Assembly (NCBI GenBank): GCA_963721455.1
Contig: CAVRJG010000038.1
Span: 1-64,000, forward strand
DNA length: 64,000 nt
Origin: an uncultured Methanosarcinaceae archaeon
GTDB taxonomy: Archaea > Halobacteriota > Methanosarcinia > Methanosarcinales > Methanosarcinaceae
Direction: 5' to 3'
Shown one piece after another: positions 1 to 10,080 of the stretch (positions within the stretch are counted from its first letter, which is position 1; each line of letters opens with the position of its first letter). The notes beneath the pieces were generated by a model. That model was not told the origin of the DNA and ran no database searches. It saw only the letters and a list, made by a program, of their open reading frames with translations. The position numbers and the translations under genes were made by a program.

Positions 1-2096
1 TCTGCTGAATCCGTGGTTGAATCTGTGATTGAAACGGCGCCGAATTGAAATTCCCGACTTTCTGGAAGACTGGCAGCCTTACTCGATTGAACCTCTTTCT
101 TTTGGAGATAGTTACGGACAGACTTCAGGCACAGGGTATAGACCCTCGCCTGTGAACCTGCCAGAACTTGCAAGCTCTGAAGGAAGACTTTTACTGAGAG
201 CTTCAGGTTCAGACCTCCGCCTGCTTATGATCTGCGCAAGGAAGGAAAAGTAACAGTTGCAAAGAATCAGGGAAAGGATGGAAGCTGCTGGGCCTTGCAA
301 GCATGGCATCTCTTGAATCTTATCTTCTGGGAGCAGAAAGAAAAAGCTATGACTATTCCGAAAACAACATGAAGAACCTTGTCTCAAAGAACTATCCGGA
401 AGGTTTCGATCTAACTTCGGATGACGGCGGGAACGCATTCATATCAACAGCATACCTTTCTCGCTGGAGCGGGCCTGTAAATGAATCCTTAGACCCTTAT
501 AACGAGTTGTCCGCCTATTCACCCACAGGGCTTCCTGTACAGAAACATGTGCAGGAGGTATTTTTCCTCCCTGAAAAGACAGAGTTTCTGGATAACGAGG
601 TTCTCAAAAGGGCACTTCTAGAATACGGGGCTGTATACTCTACACTGTACTGGAATCTGGCTTATTATCAGGAAAAAAGTCACACCTATCGATATACTGG
701 GAACCGGTTTGTCAATCACGCTGTAACCATTGTGGGCTGGAATGACTCTTTTGACAGGAATTTGTTTACGCAGGTTCCGCCCGGAGACGGGGCTTTTATA
801 GCGAAGAATAGCTGGGGTGAAACTTGGGGTGAAGACGGGTACTTCTATATTTCATACTACGACACAAAAATCGGATTTGATGAAAATGCCGTATTCACAG
901 CTGAAAGTCAGGATAATTATGACCATATCTACCAGTATGACCCTCTTGGATGGATAGTATCAAAAGAATATCCAGGAAGCTCGATTGCCTGGGGTGGTAA
1001 TGTCTTTACATCTGAAAGGGATGAAACCCTCAGAGCTATAGGATTCTATACTACGGACCTTAATACGGCTTACGAGATATACGTCTACAAAAATCCGGTT
1101 TCCGGCCCTGTTAACTCGGGACAAGGATTCGTTGCAAAGGAAAACGGCCGATACTCCTTCCCAGGATACCATACACATGTGCTGAACTCGGGAGTACCCA
1201 TACGTGCAGGAGATAAATTCTCAGTAGTTATAAGATTCAGCAACCCTTCTGCTGAAGGTCCTCTTGCAGTCGAACAGCCTGTAGCCCTTTACAGCAGCAG
1301 GGCACAGGCAAATCCCGAAGAAAGTTATGTGAGCCCGGACGGGGTCAAGTGGGAAGATATATCCAGCAACTCGGAAGCGAATCTCTGCATAAAAGCTTTC
1401 ACAACCAGCAATGAAATTCCTGAGGCTGGCTTTTCCTCAAATATCACAGGCGGGGTTTATCCTCTTACGGTCCAGTTCACTGACCTCTCCAAAAATGCCT
1501 TTTCATGGGAATGGGACATGAACGGAGATGGAAATACAGATTCTACAGCCCGAAATCCAACCTATACCTACAGGTCTTACGGGAATTATGCAGTCTCTCT
1601 GACTATCGAAAACAGTAACGGGTTTGACACCGAGACAAAACCCGGTTATATAACAGTGATTCCTCTTTCACTTAACTCAGCCAGCCCCGGCGGAAATATT
1701 ACAAGCTACAAAGGAAAGAAGCAGGAGTTTAGTGTTAGTACAAACTATGCCTGCAATGTAATCTGGTATCTTAATGGAGAAAGCATAATCTCTGAATCCC
1801 GCGTCCAGAAAAGCTCATACTCGGATAGCATCCGTTCTCCAGGCATTTATAACATTACAGCAATTGCCATAAACGGGGACGAAAAAGTTACACAGAGCTG
1901 GATATGGACAGTTCGCGCCTGGAACCCATGGGATAGCCCGGATTCTCAGGAAGGGGAAAACATAAGTACCGAAGAACTACAGGAGGCTATCCATATCTAT
2001 CGCAATGGGCTACAAATCCCTGAAACCGGAGCAGAACTCACGGACGAAAGGCTCAAAGAACTTATACTGCTCTGGCGGGAAGGTTCAGGGGAGTGA
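1..2096 (+). pseudogene. C1A (papain-like) cysteine peptidase with lectin-like and PKD domains; 5' end outside the window, frameshifted near 45-300
   Basis: ORF 303..2096 has NHAVTIVGW and KNSWG motifs plus a PKD domain. The catalytic NQGKDGSCWA segment (~265-295) and the pro-region (ORF 29..253) lie in other frames. Colinear with the intact paralog at 12414..14639. Confidence 0.85.
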
Positions 2097-2223
2097 CAGC
2101 TCCCCCGATAAAAATATAGTAATCACAGAAAATATTTACACTTTATAAATTTGATCCTTTGCTGAAAATGAAATTCAAAAGTGTACTTATTTCATTTGTT
2201 GACCATATTTGGACGAAAAAGCG

Positions 2224-2302
2224 AACCACTGAAAGCACGGAAAACACAGAATAAAGGAAATGAGGGCACAGAGATTTCCGCCTTTCCGTGTTTTCCGTGG
2301 TT
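2224..2302. repeat. REP-like imperfect palindrome (AACCACTGAAAGCACGGAAA ... TTTCCGTGTTTTCCGTGGTT)
   Basis: Inverted arms read directly. A related copy lies at ~29185-29248. Both sit between convergent genes. Confidence 0.6.
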
Positions 2303-2491
2303 ATAGAATCTTGATTGAGTTTTTCCCTGCCCGTCTGTGTTTTTCGTAGTTATAAAACCCATAGCGGCTTAAGTTTAAATATTTACATTTTAAACTATAA
2401 TTGGTTTTTAAAAGTGTAATTAATTCGTAAGTTTACTATAGAAGGCAAAGGAAAGAAAATAAAGGGAAGAAAGAAAAACTGGGAAATAAAT

Positions 2492-2690
2492 TTAGCTTTC
2501 CCGGATTGTGTCTCCTTTTTCCAGAACCTGTTCGATCCCCTCCCCGATTTTAACATTCATGAGAAAATCATCAACAGTTGCAAGAAGGAAGCCTATTTTC
2601 TCAGAATGAAACCGGACAGCAACGCTCTCATCACTGATTTCACTTTCCATACTTCGATTATTATCTGATACACGGGCTTGCAGGAGATTA
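2492..2690 (-). pseudogene. pcc1: 5'-truncated copy of KEOPS subunit Pcc1
   Basis: RSMESEISDESVAVRFHSEKIGFLLATVDDFLMNVKIGEGIEQ is near-identical to 11513..11752. Similarity is lost just before the MITE at 2693. Confidence 0.85.
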
Positions 2691-2692
2691 TG

Positions 2693-2828
2693 GGCAGTGT
2701 GCCGATTTTGCTGTAAAATCATAAATCTCAAAAAGTTGGTAGTTTAAAAATTCCATATCGGAAGAACAAAATTACACACAGTACATAAAAACTTGACTTC
2801 GAATTTACAGCAAATTTGCGACACTGCC
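2693..2828. mobile_element. 136-bp MITE with IS6-like terminal inverted repeats
   Basis: Left end GGCAGTGTGCCGATTTTGCTGTAAA vs reverse complement of right end GGCAGTGTCGCAAATTTGCTGTAAA (21/25). No target duplication seen. Confidence 0.7.
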
Positions 2829-2829
2829 A

Positions 2830-3643
2830 CCTTTTTGGATTGAGGATGAGTCCAGCTACTGTAAAGAGGGCAGAAAATAAGTGTTTCTACAATTTAAAAT
2901 GAGTTACCGATTACATCAAGAAGCAATTGATCAAAGAAGAGGTTATCCACGGTGATGAAACAGGAATGAGAGTCAATAGCCACAATGATTGGTGTCATGT
3001 AGTCTCTACGGATAAATGGACCCTTTATTTCCATGATAGAAGTCGAGGGTCAAAAGTCATGGATAAAATGGGGATATTACCAGAATATCAGGGAATAATG
3101 ACTCATGACTTCTGGAGTTCCTATTTCAAATAAGAATTCATGATAATTTCAATCAAGATTGGGCTCAAGAGATGAGTAATCTGCTTGCAGAATCTAAAAA
3201 ATATGCCGATGAAATGAGGGAATTGGGAAAGGAAATTGAAGGAAAAGAGATTGAGGCATTAAAACAAAAATACAGACGAATCGTAATGAAAGGAATTGAG
3301 GAAAATCCTCCGCCTAAAAGATTGAAATGTCAAAAAGGAAAGAGAGGAAGACCTCGTCAAAGTAAAGCAAAGAATCTACTTGACAGATTCATAAAATACG
3401 AGGAGGAAATTCTGAGGTTTGCTACAGACTTGAGAGTACCTTTCGATAACAATCAAGCAGAAAGAGATCTTAGGATGGTAAGGGTTCAGCAAAAGATCTC
3501 GGGATCTTTTAGGACACCACAAGGAGAGGATGCTTTCTGTAGAAATAGAGGATACATTTCTACAATAATGAAAAATATGATGTCTGTAATTGATTCACTT
3601 TATGCGGCGCTTAAAGGAGCGCCGCAAATACCTGAATAATTAC
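2830..3643 (+). mobile_element. 5'-truncated, degenerate IS66-family copy
   Basis: Near-identical to ~5395-6260, with a TGA at ~2900 and an internal deletion at ~3130. Ends in the same right TIR, CCTGAATAATTAC. Confidence 0.9.
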
Positions 3644-3960
3644 GGATAATCTTAAAATGCATACATCAGAAGAAACTCGAGAATATCTGGCGACAGTTCC
3701 TGATAAATTTGAATTTGTTTTCACACCCAAACATGCTTCGTGGCGAATATCATCGAAAGTTTTTTCAGTAAAATGGGGAGAAGCGTGTTGAGAAGAACAA
3801 GAGTAGACTCAGTAAATGAATTAAAGAAAGAATTAGTCAATATATAAGCCAGATTAACGAAAAACCAGTTCTATTTACGTGGAGATATAAAACGGAAGAA
3901 AGGAATGAAATGCCTGGTGGAATCACAATCTAAAATGGAGTTAATTAGGAATCTATGCAC
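3644..3960 (+). pseudogene. IS630-family transposase 3' remnant
   Basis: Reads DNLKMHTS...FEFVFTPKHASW..IIESFFSKM across frameshifts and ends at a CTAG junction. Confidence 0.75.
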
Positions 3961-3962
3961 TA

Positions 3963-4044
3963 GTGTCGTGTCAATCATTAAAGATTCCACAAGTCAAAAT
4001 AGTTGCAATCGATTTTATACGACATTTTGCTGTTGACACGACAC
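3963..4044. mobile_element. 82-bp IS630-type MITE
   Basis: Perfect 12-bp TIR GTGTCGTGTCAA/TTGACACGACAC, flanked by TA within CTAG. Confidence 0.8.
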
Positions 4045-4046
4045 TA

Positions 4047-4152
4047 GTGTCTAGGCAACTTAATTATTCAACATAATGTCTTTACAATTCCTCATCAGCA
4101 TAAAGTGATTTTGAGTTTATCCAGGTGTTTCATAATTAAAGTGTCATAACAC
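4047..4152. mobile_element. 106-bp IS630-type MITE
   Basis: GTGTCTAGGCAACTTAATTAT vs reverse complement GTGTTATGACACTTTAATTAT (15/21), TA-flanked. Confidence 0.65.
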
Positions 4153-4154
4153 TA

Positions 4155-4483
4155 GTGTCGCGTCAATCATCAAGTGTCTGATAAAGACGTGATAATTTTA
4201 TCCTTGTATCTTCTGTTATGAATTGCCAATTAACCTTTGAATTTTTGTTGTTTCTAAACTTTTGCCAGGCTAATACTTCTTTCCTAACAGCCTCGATGTT
4301 ATCCATTCTCCTTTTTAAACATTGACCTGTAAGTACATTCAATTCAATCTCTGCCATATTCAACCAGCTTCCATGTTTTGGTGTGTACACAAACTCAAAC
4401 CTATCCCATAGAGCCTTCGCCTTCGCTAGTGGAAATGTTTCATAGAGATCTTGGAATATGTGTGTTTAGATTGTCCATTATCA
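4155..4483 (-). pseudogene. IS630-family transposase 3' remnant with right end
   Basis: MDNLNTH...YTPKHGSWLNMAEIEL DDE motifs. The end GTGTCGCGTCAA matches the TIR of the MITE at 3963. Confidence 0.85.
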
Positions 4484-4719
4484 GGTATCCTCTTCAAATT
4501 GTATGGGAAAAAGTAAATTTCACATATTTGCTGAAAATTTAAAAATTTAATTAAGTCAAAAAACATACTCAATATACATGTTTAACTTCATAACTGCATT
4601 ACAAAATAGGCACATGTTTTTTCAATGAGCCTATCCCAAAACTCAAAATTGCTTCTCTGAATCCTGTATCCCGAATAATCAATCGAGTTTCTAATCATGA
4701 AAACAATCCTAAAATTTTT

Positions 4720-6260
4720 GTAATTAATCAGCTACCTTTGTTCCTAACTTATTTTTCTGCTACACTCAATACTGATTATTTTCATACTGGTTAATATAAA
4801 AATCATTCATTTCGTGTTTTGTATGGAACGTGATGAAATTCTATTTCTCTGTCACTCTAATCCCGAGGCTATTCTTGATCATATAAATAGTCTTGAGACT
4901 GAATTGAGTGATGTTAAAGAAGAAGTTCGAAATCTAAAGGCTCTTTTGAATCAAAACAGTCAAAATAGTAATAAACCTCCTTCTACCGATACTTTTGTCC
5001 AGAAGAGAACTCAAAATGATCAAAAAAAGAGTGGTAGACTTCCTGGTGGTCAGCAAGGCCATGTCGGATCTACACTAAAGACTTTTGATTCTCCTCATGA
5101 AATCGTAAACCTTCGCCTTTGTAACTGTAAATTTTGTGGTCACGACTTATAGCAGACTAAATCCAATGGTCACGAGAAACGGCAGGAAGTTGATCTTCCT
5201 GCCTTAAATTTCAGAGTTACTGAGTATCGCAGTGAGATCAAGAAATGTCCTTACTGTGGTTATAAAAACAAGGCTGATTTTCCAGATCACATAACAAAAC
5301 CTGTTCAATACAGTCAGAAGATTCTGGCAATTGCAGTTTATCTACGGAACTTTCAATTGATACCTTATGGGCGGATTTCAAGAGCGCTTAAGGACCTTTT
5401 TGGATTGAGGATGAGTCCAGCTACGGTAAAGAGGGCAGAAAATAAGTGTTTCTACAATTTAAAAGGAGTTACCGATTACATCAAGAAGCAATTGATCAAA
5501 GAAGATGTTATCCACGGTGATGAAACCGGAATGAGAGTCAATAGCCACAATGATTGGTGTCATGTAGTCTCTACGGCTAAATGGACCCTTTATTTCCATG
5601 ATAGAAGTCGAGGGTCAAAAGCCATGGATAAAATGGGGATATTACCAGAATATCAGGGAATAATGACTCATGACTTCTGGAGTTCCTATTTCAAATATCC
5701 AATGTGCAAACATGCGATGTGCAATGCACATCTCAGGAGGGAACTTAAAGGAATTCATGATAATTTCAATCAAGATTGGGCTCAAGAGATGAGTAATCTG
5801 CTTGCAGAATCTAAAAAATATGCAGATGAAATGAGGGAATTGGGAAAGAAAATTGAAGGAAAAGAGATTGAGGCATTAAAAGAAAAATACAGACGAATCG
5901 TAATGAAAGGAATTGAGGAAAATCCTCCGCCTAAAAGATTGAAATGTCAAAAAGGAAAGAGAGGAAGACCTCGTCAAAGTAAAGCAAAGAATCTACTTGA
6001 CAGATTCATAAAATACGAGGAGGAAGTTCTGAGGTTTGCTACAGACTTGAGAGTACCTTTCGATAACAATCAAGCAGAAAGAGATCTTAGGATGGTAAGG
6101 GTTCAGCAAAAGATCTCGGGATCTTTTAGGACACCACAAGGAGCGGATGCTTTCTGTAGAAACAGAGGATACATTTCTACAATAATGAAAAATATGATGT
6201 CTGTAATTGATTCACTTTATGCGGCGCTTAAGGGAGCGCCGCCAATACCTGAATAATTAC
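4720..6260 (+). mobile_element. Complete IS66-family insertion sequence (single-ORF type), 1541 bp
   Basis: TIRs GTAATTAATCAG / CTGAATAATTAC. 8-bp target duplication AAATTTTT at 4712-4719 and 6261-6268. Confidence 0.93.
4814..6256 (+). CDS. IS66 DDE transposase (480 codons) with one in-frame TAG at 5150-5152; pyrrolysine read-through or pseudogene
   Basis: ORFs 4814..5152 and 5357..6256 share a frame and the gap has no other stop. Motifs NSQNSNKPPS, CxxC...CxxC, HGDETG, HDFW and DNNQAERDLR. Confidence 0.85.
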
Positions 6261-7437
6261 AAATTTTTGATGATTAAGAATCAAATGGCTTTTGGGATAG
6301 GCTCAATTAGAAAATTCTCCCTTGAATTTGAAGAGGAGACCTTAAAGCCCAGAATCAGGAGAAAGGTCTCGAAAACCGAAAAAACGTCTTTGCGCCAAAT
6401 TATTATTAAACAGAAATTTTAGCTTTTAAAAACAAAATAGTAAAAGATATATTTGCATACACCAATTATAAATTAAGAACGTTATAACGACATTCTAAAT
6501 TGGTACGCAAACTAAGATTCAAGTATGTTTATTTCAGGCAATGTACACATAATCTGAGTTCTCCATAAAAAATAAGCTCTACAAACCTAAATTTTAAGGT
6601 GATAGTTGAAATTGGGCTTTAAAACCCATAACTGAGTAGAATAATAGCTTTATTTTTTGACAAACTATATTCATTTGGCTCTTCGCTATTTCGAGTGAGT
6701 AATTGAGAATCACTTCCTAAATATGATTGCAACACATATGATGTTTGAATATATTTTGTTTGGAAAACCATATTCAAGATCGATGTTTATCTCTTTGGTA
6801 TGGTCACTTTTCAACTGGGCAATTATTTTCAACTCACACAAAACAGCGAAGAACCATTTATTTGTAATTATGACATCCGATCGCATTTTTATTTTACACA
6901 AAATATAGTATGTTTGTCATCTTTTAACTATTTTTGTGCACTACTTCGAATACTATGTATAGCATTTTCCTAATAGAATTTTAAGACAGCCTCCAAAATT
7001 AATTCAGTGTGGATATATTATGGTAAGATATATCATGCGATATAAGGCTTAAAACAGTAGAAAGCAGGCTGTCTCAAAACTGTGCTTGATCGTACATTTA
7101 GCCTGAAAGTACGGAACAAAACTGGTCCCCCATGCTCTTTTTCCATTTCTGCCCCTAAACATCTAAGCCTTCGATGGCAATTCACTGATTAGTTTAGGTA
7201 CGGTTTTGAAAAACCAAAATGTAGACAACCTTACTGCCCAAGGTAATGAGGAAATCAATAGTCAAAAAAGTTAAGGTGAATAGTACTTTCATTTGTTTGT
7301 GCCTGTTATTCGAAGAATTTCATGTCCGTTTAGGTTAACAGATTCCTTAACCGAATACAAATGAAACCGCTTTACTGTGCATATATAAAACTCAAAATTA
7401 TACAAATGTATTGTTTATCCTTTCACAATAAAAAGGT

Positions 7438-8779
7438 TTAAAGAGCCGTTGGTGGCTCTTTCATATTTTTCGCAATTCGTTCTAAGGCAGCATTAAATCC
7501 TGCTTCCATCTGCTTCATCTTTTCAGCTACTAAATATTCAACCATGCTATCGACGTTGCGTTCATATTCGTGTCTATCTGCCCTTTCTAATTCCAATTGC
7601 TCTCTTAAATCCTGAAGTTCATGGCGTTCCACAACGTGTCTGGCGGTTTCGGCCTGAAGGATCTGGTTCTCCTGCTTGATTCTTAGGTATTCGGGACTTT
7701 CTGATACGTCAGCCTCCTTTTGAATAGTGAGGTGTGGAACAAATTTGAGATATGTTTCTTTCAAGCCATTTTCTGCAGAAGCCCGGAAGTACGCAGATTT
7801 TGTTTCATCCTGAATATGTCCCATCCAGAAATTTACTATGAAGGAGTCCGCCCCGTTGTTCAAGAGGGCACTGTTGAATGTTCAAGAGGGCACTGTTGAA
7901 AAATTTTCTCATGTTATGGCTACGGATTACAGACCAGGTCCCCAGAGGTGCCGCTTTGTTGGCTTCAACTGCCAGATTCTGGTAAATATCAACAATGGCT
8001 GCTTCTGTAAGTTGTCTTAGTTTGTCGTTTTTGGTTTTCAGAAACTCAGGCGAGATTCTCCTGCAGATGAGGAGATAATTACCGTCGGAATATACACGCT
8101 GTTTTGCTAATTGCTCCAATTTAGCTTTTGTAGGTATTTTTGGTTGTTTATTTCGTGTTTCGAGGTAATCCAAGATAGCTCTAGAGGCCTCCGGGCTCAG
8201 GAATGTGACGAAATCAAACCCGACTTTTTCCCTACGCAACTTCAATGTAGTGACTCCGGTCTCAGGATCATATCCCTTCTTGAAATCTCCCACTGTGAGG
8301 TTGCTGATTTCTTGAGCACCCAGGCCGCTTGAGACCCCTATAAGTACAATTGCACGTTCAAGCTCATCCGCATGTTTAAGTACTGTCTGAATATCCTCTT
8401 TAGTGGGGATCTCTTTATGTTTCAACAGTGGGCGGGGTTTTGTTTCATTATTAGGCAACGAAGGCAGAGTAATGTCATTCTTCTTGTAAAAAGAGTAAAC
8501 GCCTGTCATGCGGTTTTTGATTGTCAGAGGTGCTAGATCTTGATTTTGCAGATGTTCTTTATAATCCAGAAGGTGACGCTTCAGTCTGCTTTGCCGAGGT
8601 AGAACTCCGTTTCGAATATCTTTCTCAGCTTCTAGTAAAATTTCTTCAGGCGTCATCTGCAAAAATTCGGTGTAATACTGAAGTGCAAAAATATACAAGC
8701 GACGTGTTCCAGATTTCCTGCTCACGGATGCGAGCCAGTCTTTCACAACAGAATCTTTTCCAAGTTCTTTATACAACAT
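7438..8779 (-). pseudogene. Tyrosine recombinase/integrase frameshifted by a 22-bp tandem duplication
   Basis: HNMRKFF (HxxR) in the upstream ORF, and WMGH plus the catalytic-Tyr region (KSAYFRA) in the downstream ORF. Repeat TGTTCAAGAGGGCACTGTTGAA at 7857-7878 and 7879-7900. Confidence 0.9.
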
Positions 8780-8842
8780 TTTGTTCCCTACTAAGGGTAT
8801 TTATGTGCTTATGGTACAAATAACTCTCCGATTTCCTGTGAT

Positions 8843-8891
8843 CCCGAAGCGGAACTCGGGAGGCGCAACTCGGGAGGCGCAACTCGGGCGG
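8843..8891. repeat. GC-rich REP-like motif with 14-bp tandem units (AACTCGGGAGGCGC x2.6)
   Basis: Read directly. A related motif, CGAGCCGCAACTCG, lies at ~25491-25504. Confidence 0.65.
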
Positions 8892-8986
8892 TAAAAGCAT
8901 GCTTTAAAGAATAACCTCTATGAATTTCAAAAAAGGTGGAAAAAAGAAGTTGTAATAAATAAGGGATTCTGCCTTTTACTGGCAGA

Positions 8987-9199
8987 TCAGCCCCCTGTGA
9001 CAACTCTCAGGATTGTAAGTCTGTCGGAACTTACCATCCCGTCAAGGGGAACAGCATTCCCTCCATTTAATACAAGTACCGTTTCCTGATTTATATCCAA
9101 TGTATCAAGCAGGTCTTCGTAGGTGGCGCTCTCGGCTATTTCTACAGTCTGCTCGGAAATTTCTCCAGCCTGGATTGTTATGTGTACTTTTTTGCTCAC
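8987..9199 (-). CDS. Ubiquitin-like sulfur carrier (SAMP/ThiS/MoaD family)
   Basis: 70 aa, beta-grasp-like pattern, C-terminal GG. Confidence 0.85.
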   Translation of the reverse strand: MSKKVHITIQAGEISEQTVEIAESATYEDLLDTLDINQETVLVLNGGNAVPLDGMVSSDRLTILRVVTGG

Positions 9200-9324
9200 T
9201 CTATAGATCCACCGCCGCTTACCTGAATTTCGCTTACGATTTCCTTTATTAACTTCTGCTCCAGTTCATATTCTTTTCTGACGCCTTTCCGTTCTGCACT
9301 TCTTTTCTGGAACTTTCCTGTCAT
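9196..9324 (-). CDS. Candidate 42-aa small protein upstream of the SAMP gene
   Basis: ATG preceded by AAGGAG. Reads MTGKFQKRSAERKGVRKEYELEQKLIKEIVSEIQVSGGGSIE. The stop overlaps the SAMP start (GTGA). Confidence 0.5.
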   Translation of the reverse strand: MTGKFQKRSAERKGVRKEYELEQKLIKEIVSEIQVSGGGSIE

Positions 9325-9789
9325 TTTCAGATCTCCTTACGATTTTTCAGGTTTGCAACACAGTTGGTATAGATCTCTTCAAGCAGACTCGTTTCTTTGT
9401 CTCTTCGAGATGTATATCCAATGATTATAATGATCTTATGTTTTAATTAATTTTTTGGTTGACAATGAGTTGGTTAACATATTTAATTTTCCGACTCTAT
9501 AACGGCTATTCACTCTAAATTTTAGTCATAAGTATGGGTTAACGTTGGGTCTGATATCGTTCGAAAGCTTGACAAATAAGATTGGAAACTGTATCCTAAA
9601 ACTAAACATGGATTATATTTATTCAGAAACTATAATTCTATGGAAAAATTAGACAATATTATATATATTTCAAACTCAAAGCAAAAAGTTCTAATATACG
9701 ACAGGTTCGAGAAAAATGGTCGAAAAAAGAATAAGCAAAGAGACTAAGCAAACAACTGAAAAAACTTGCCTGATTTGTAACTTTAATTA

Positions 9790-9861
9790 TACATCAGCCG
9801 GGATTCGAACCCGGGTTCGAGCGTTGGCAACGCCCGGTGATGACCGCTACACTACTGATGT
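9790..9861 (-). tRNA. tRNA-Gly(GCC)
   Basis: Cloverleaf with acceptor stem ACATCAG/CTGATGT, anticodon arm GGGCG-TTGCCAA-CGCTC and T-loop TTCGAAT. Confidence 0.95.
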
Positions 9862-10080
9862 TCGAAGCTTGTAGGGCTTTCTGCCGCTTTTTTAGGCTAT
9901 ATATTTTCTCATTAATTAAGTTGACCCCTTAGATATTTTCGGGGTATATATTTTATATTATCAAGCCAGTATAGACTGGCATCCTTTATGCTCTGGCAGT
10001 CATGTGTTAAATCTATCTTCTAAATCTATCTTCTAAATTGATCTTTTGACTTTATTATTGAATTTATTGAGTGATGGGTT

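Larger units (their letters stand above)
4627..6304. mobile_element. ~129-bp MITE split by IS66
   Basis: Perfect 15-bp TIR GAGCCTATCCCAAAA/TTTTGGGATAGGCTC with AAT on both flanks. An uninterrupted relative lies at 39500..39630. Confidence 0.85.
4484..6341. mobile_element. Outer MITE (~180 bp net) hosting two nested insertions
   Basis: GGTATCCTCTTCAAATT (4484-4500) vs AATTTGAAGAGGAGACC (6325-6341): 16/17 inverted match. Confidence 0.7.

Noticed and set aside
3958-4160. CACTAGTGTC repeats with ~75-100-bp spacers resembling a mini-CRISPR
   Set aside because: The repeat is too short, the spacers have their own TIRs, and the junctions are explained as IS630 CTAG targets.
6710-7235. Short ORFs and AGGCTGTCTCAAAA-like possible IS ends
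   Set aside because: No recognisable protein motif, and the ends could not be paired convincingly into one element.
9790-9861. tRNA-Gly as the attachment site of the 7438-8779 integrase
   Set aside because: No duplicate of its 3' end was seen in the window, and the SAMP gene lies between them.
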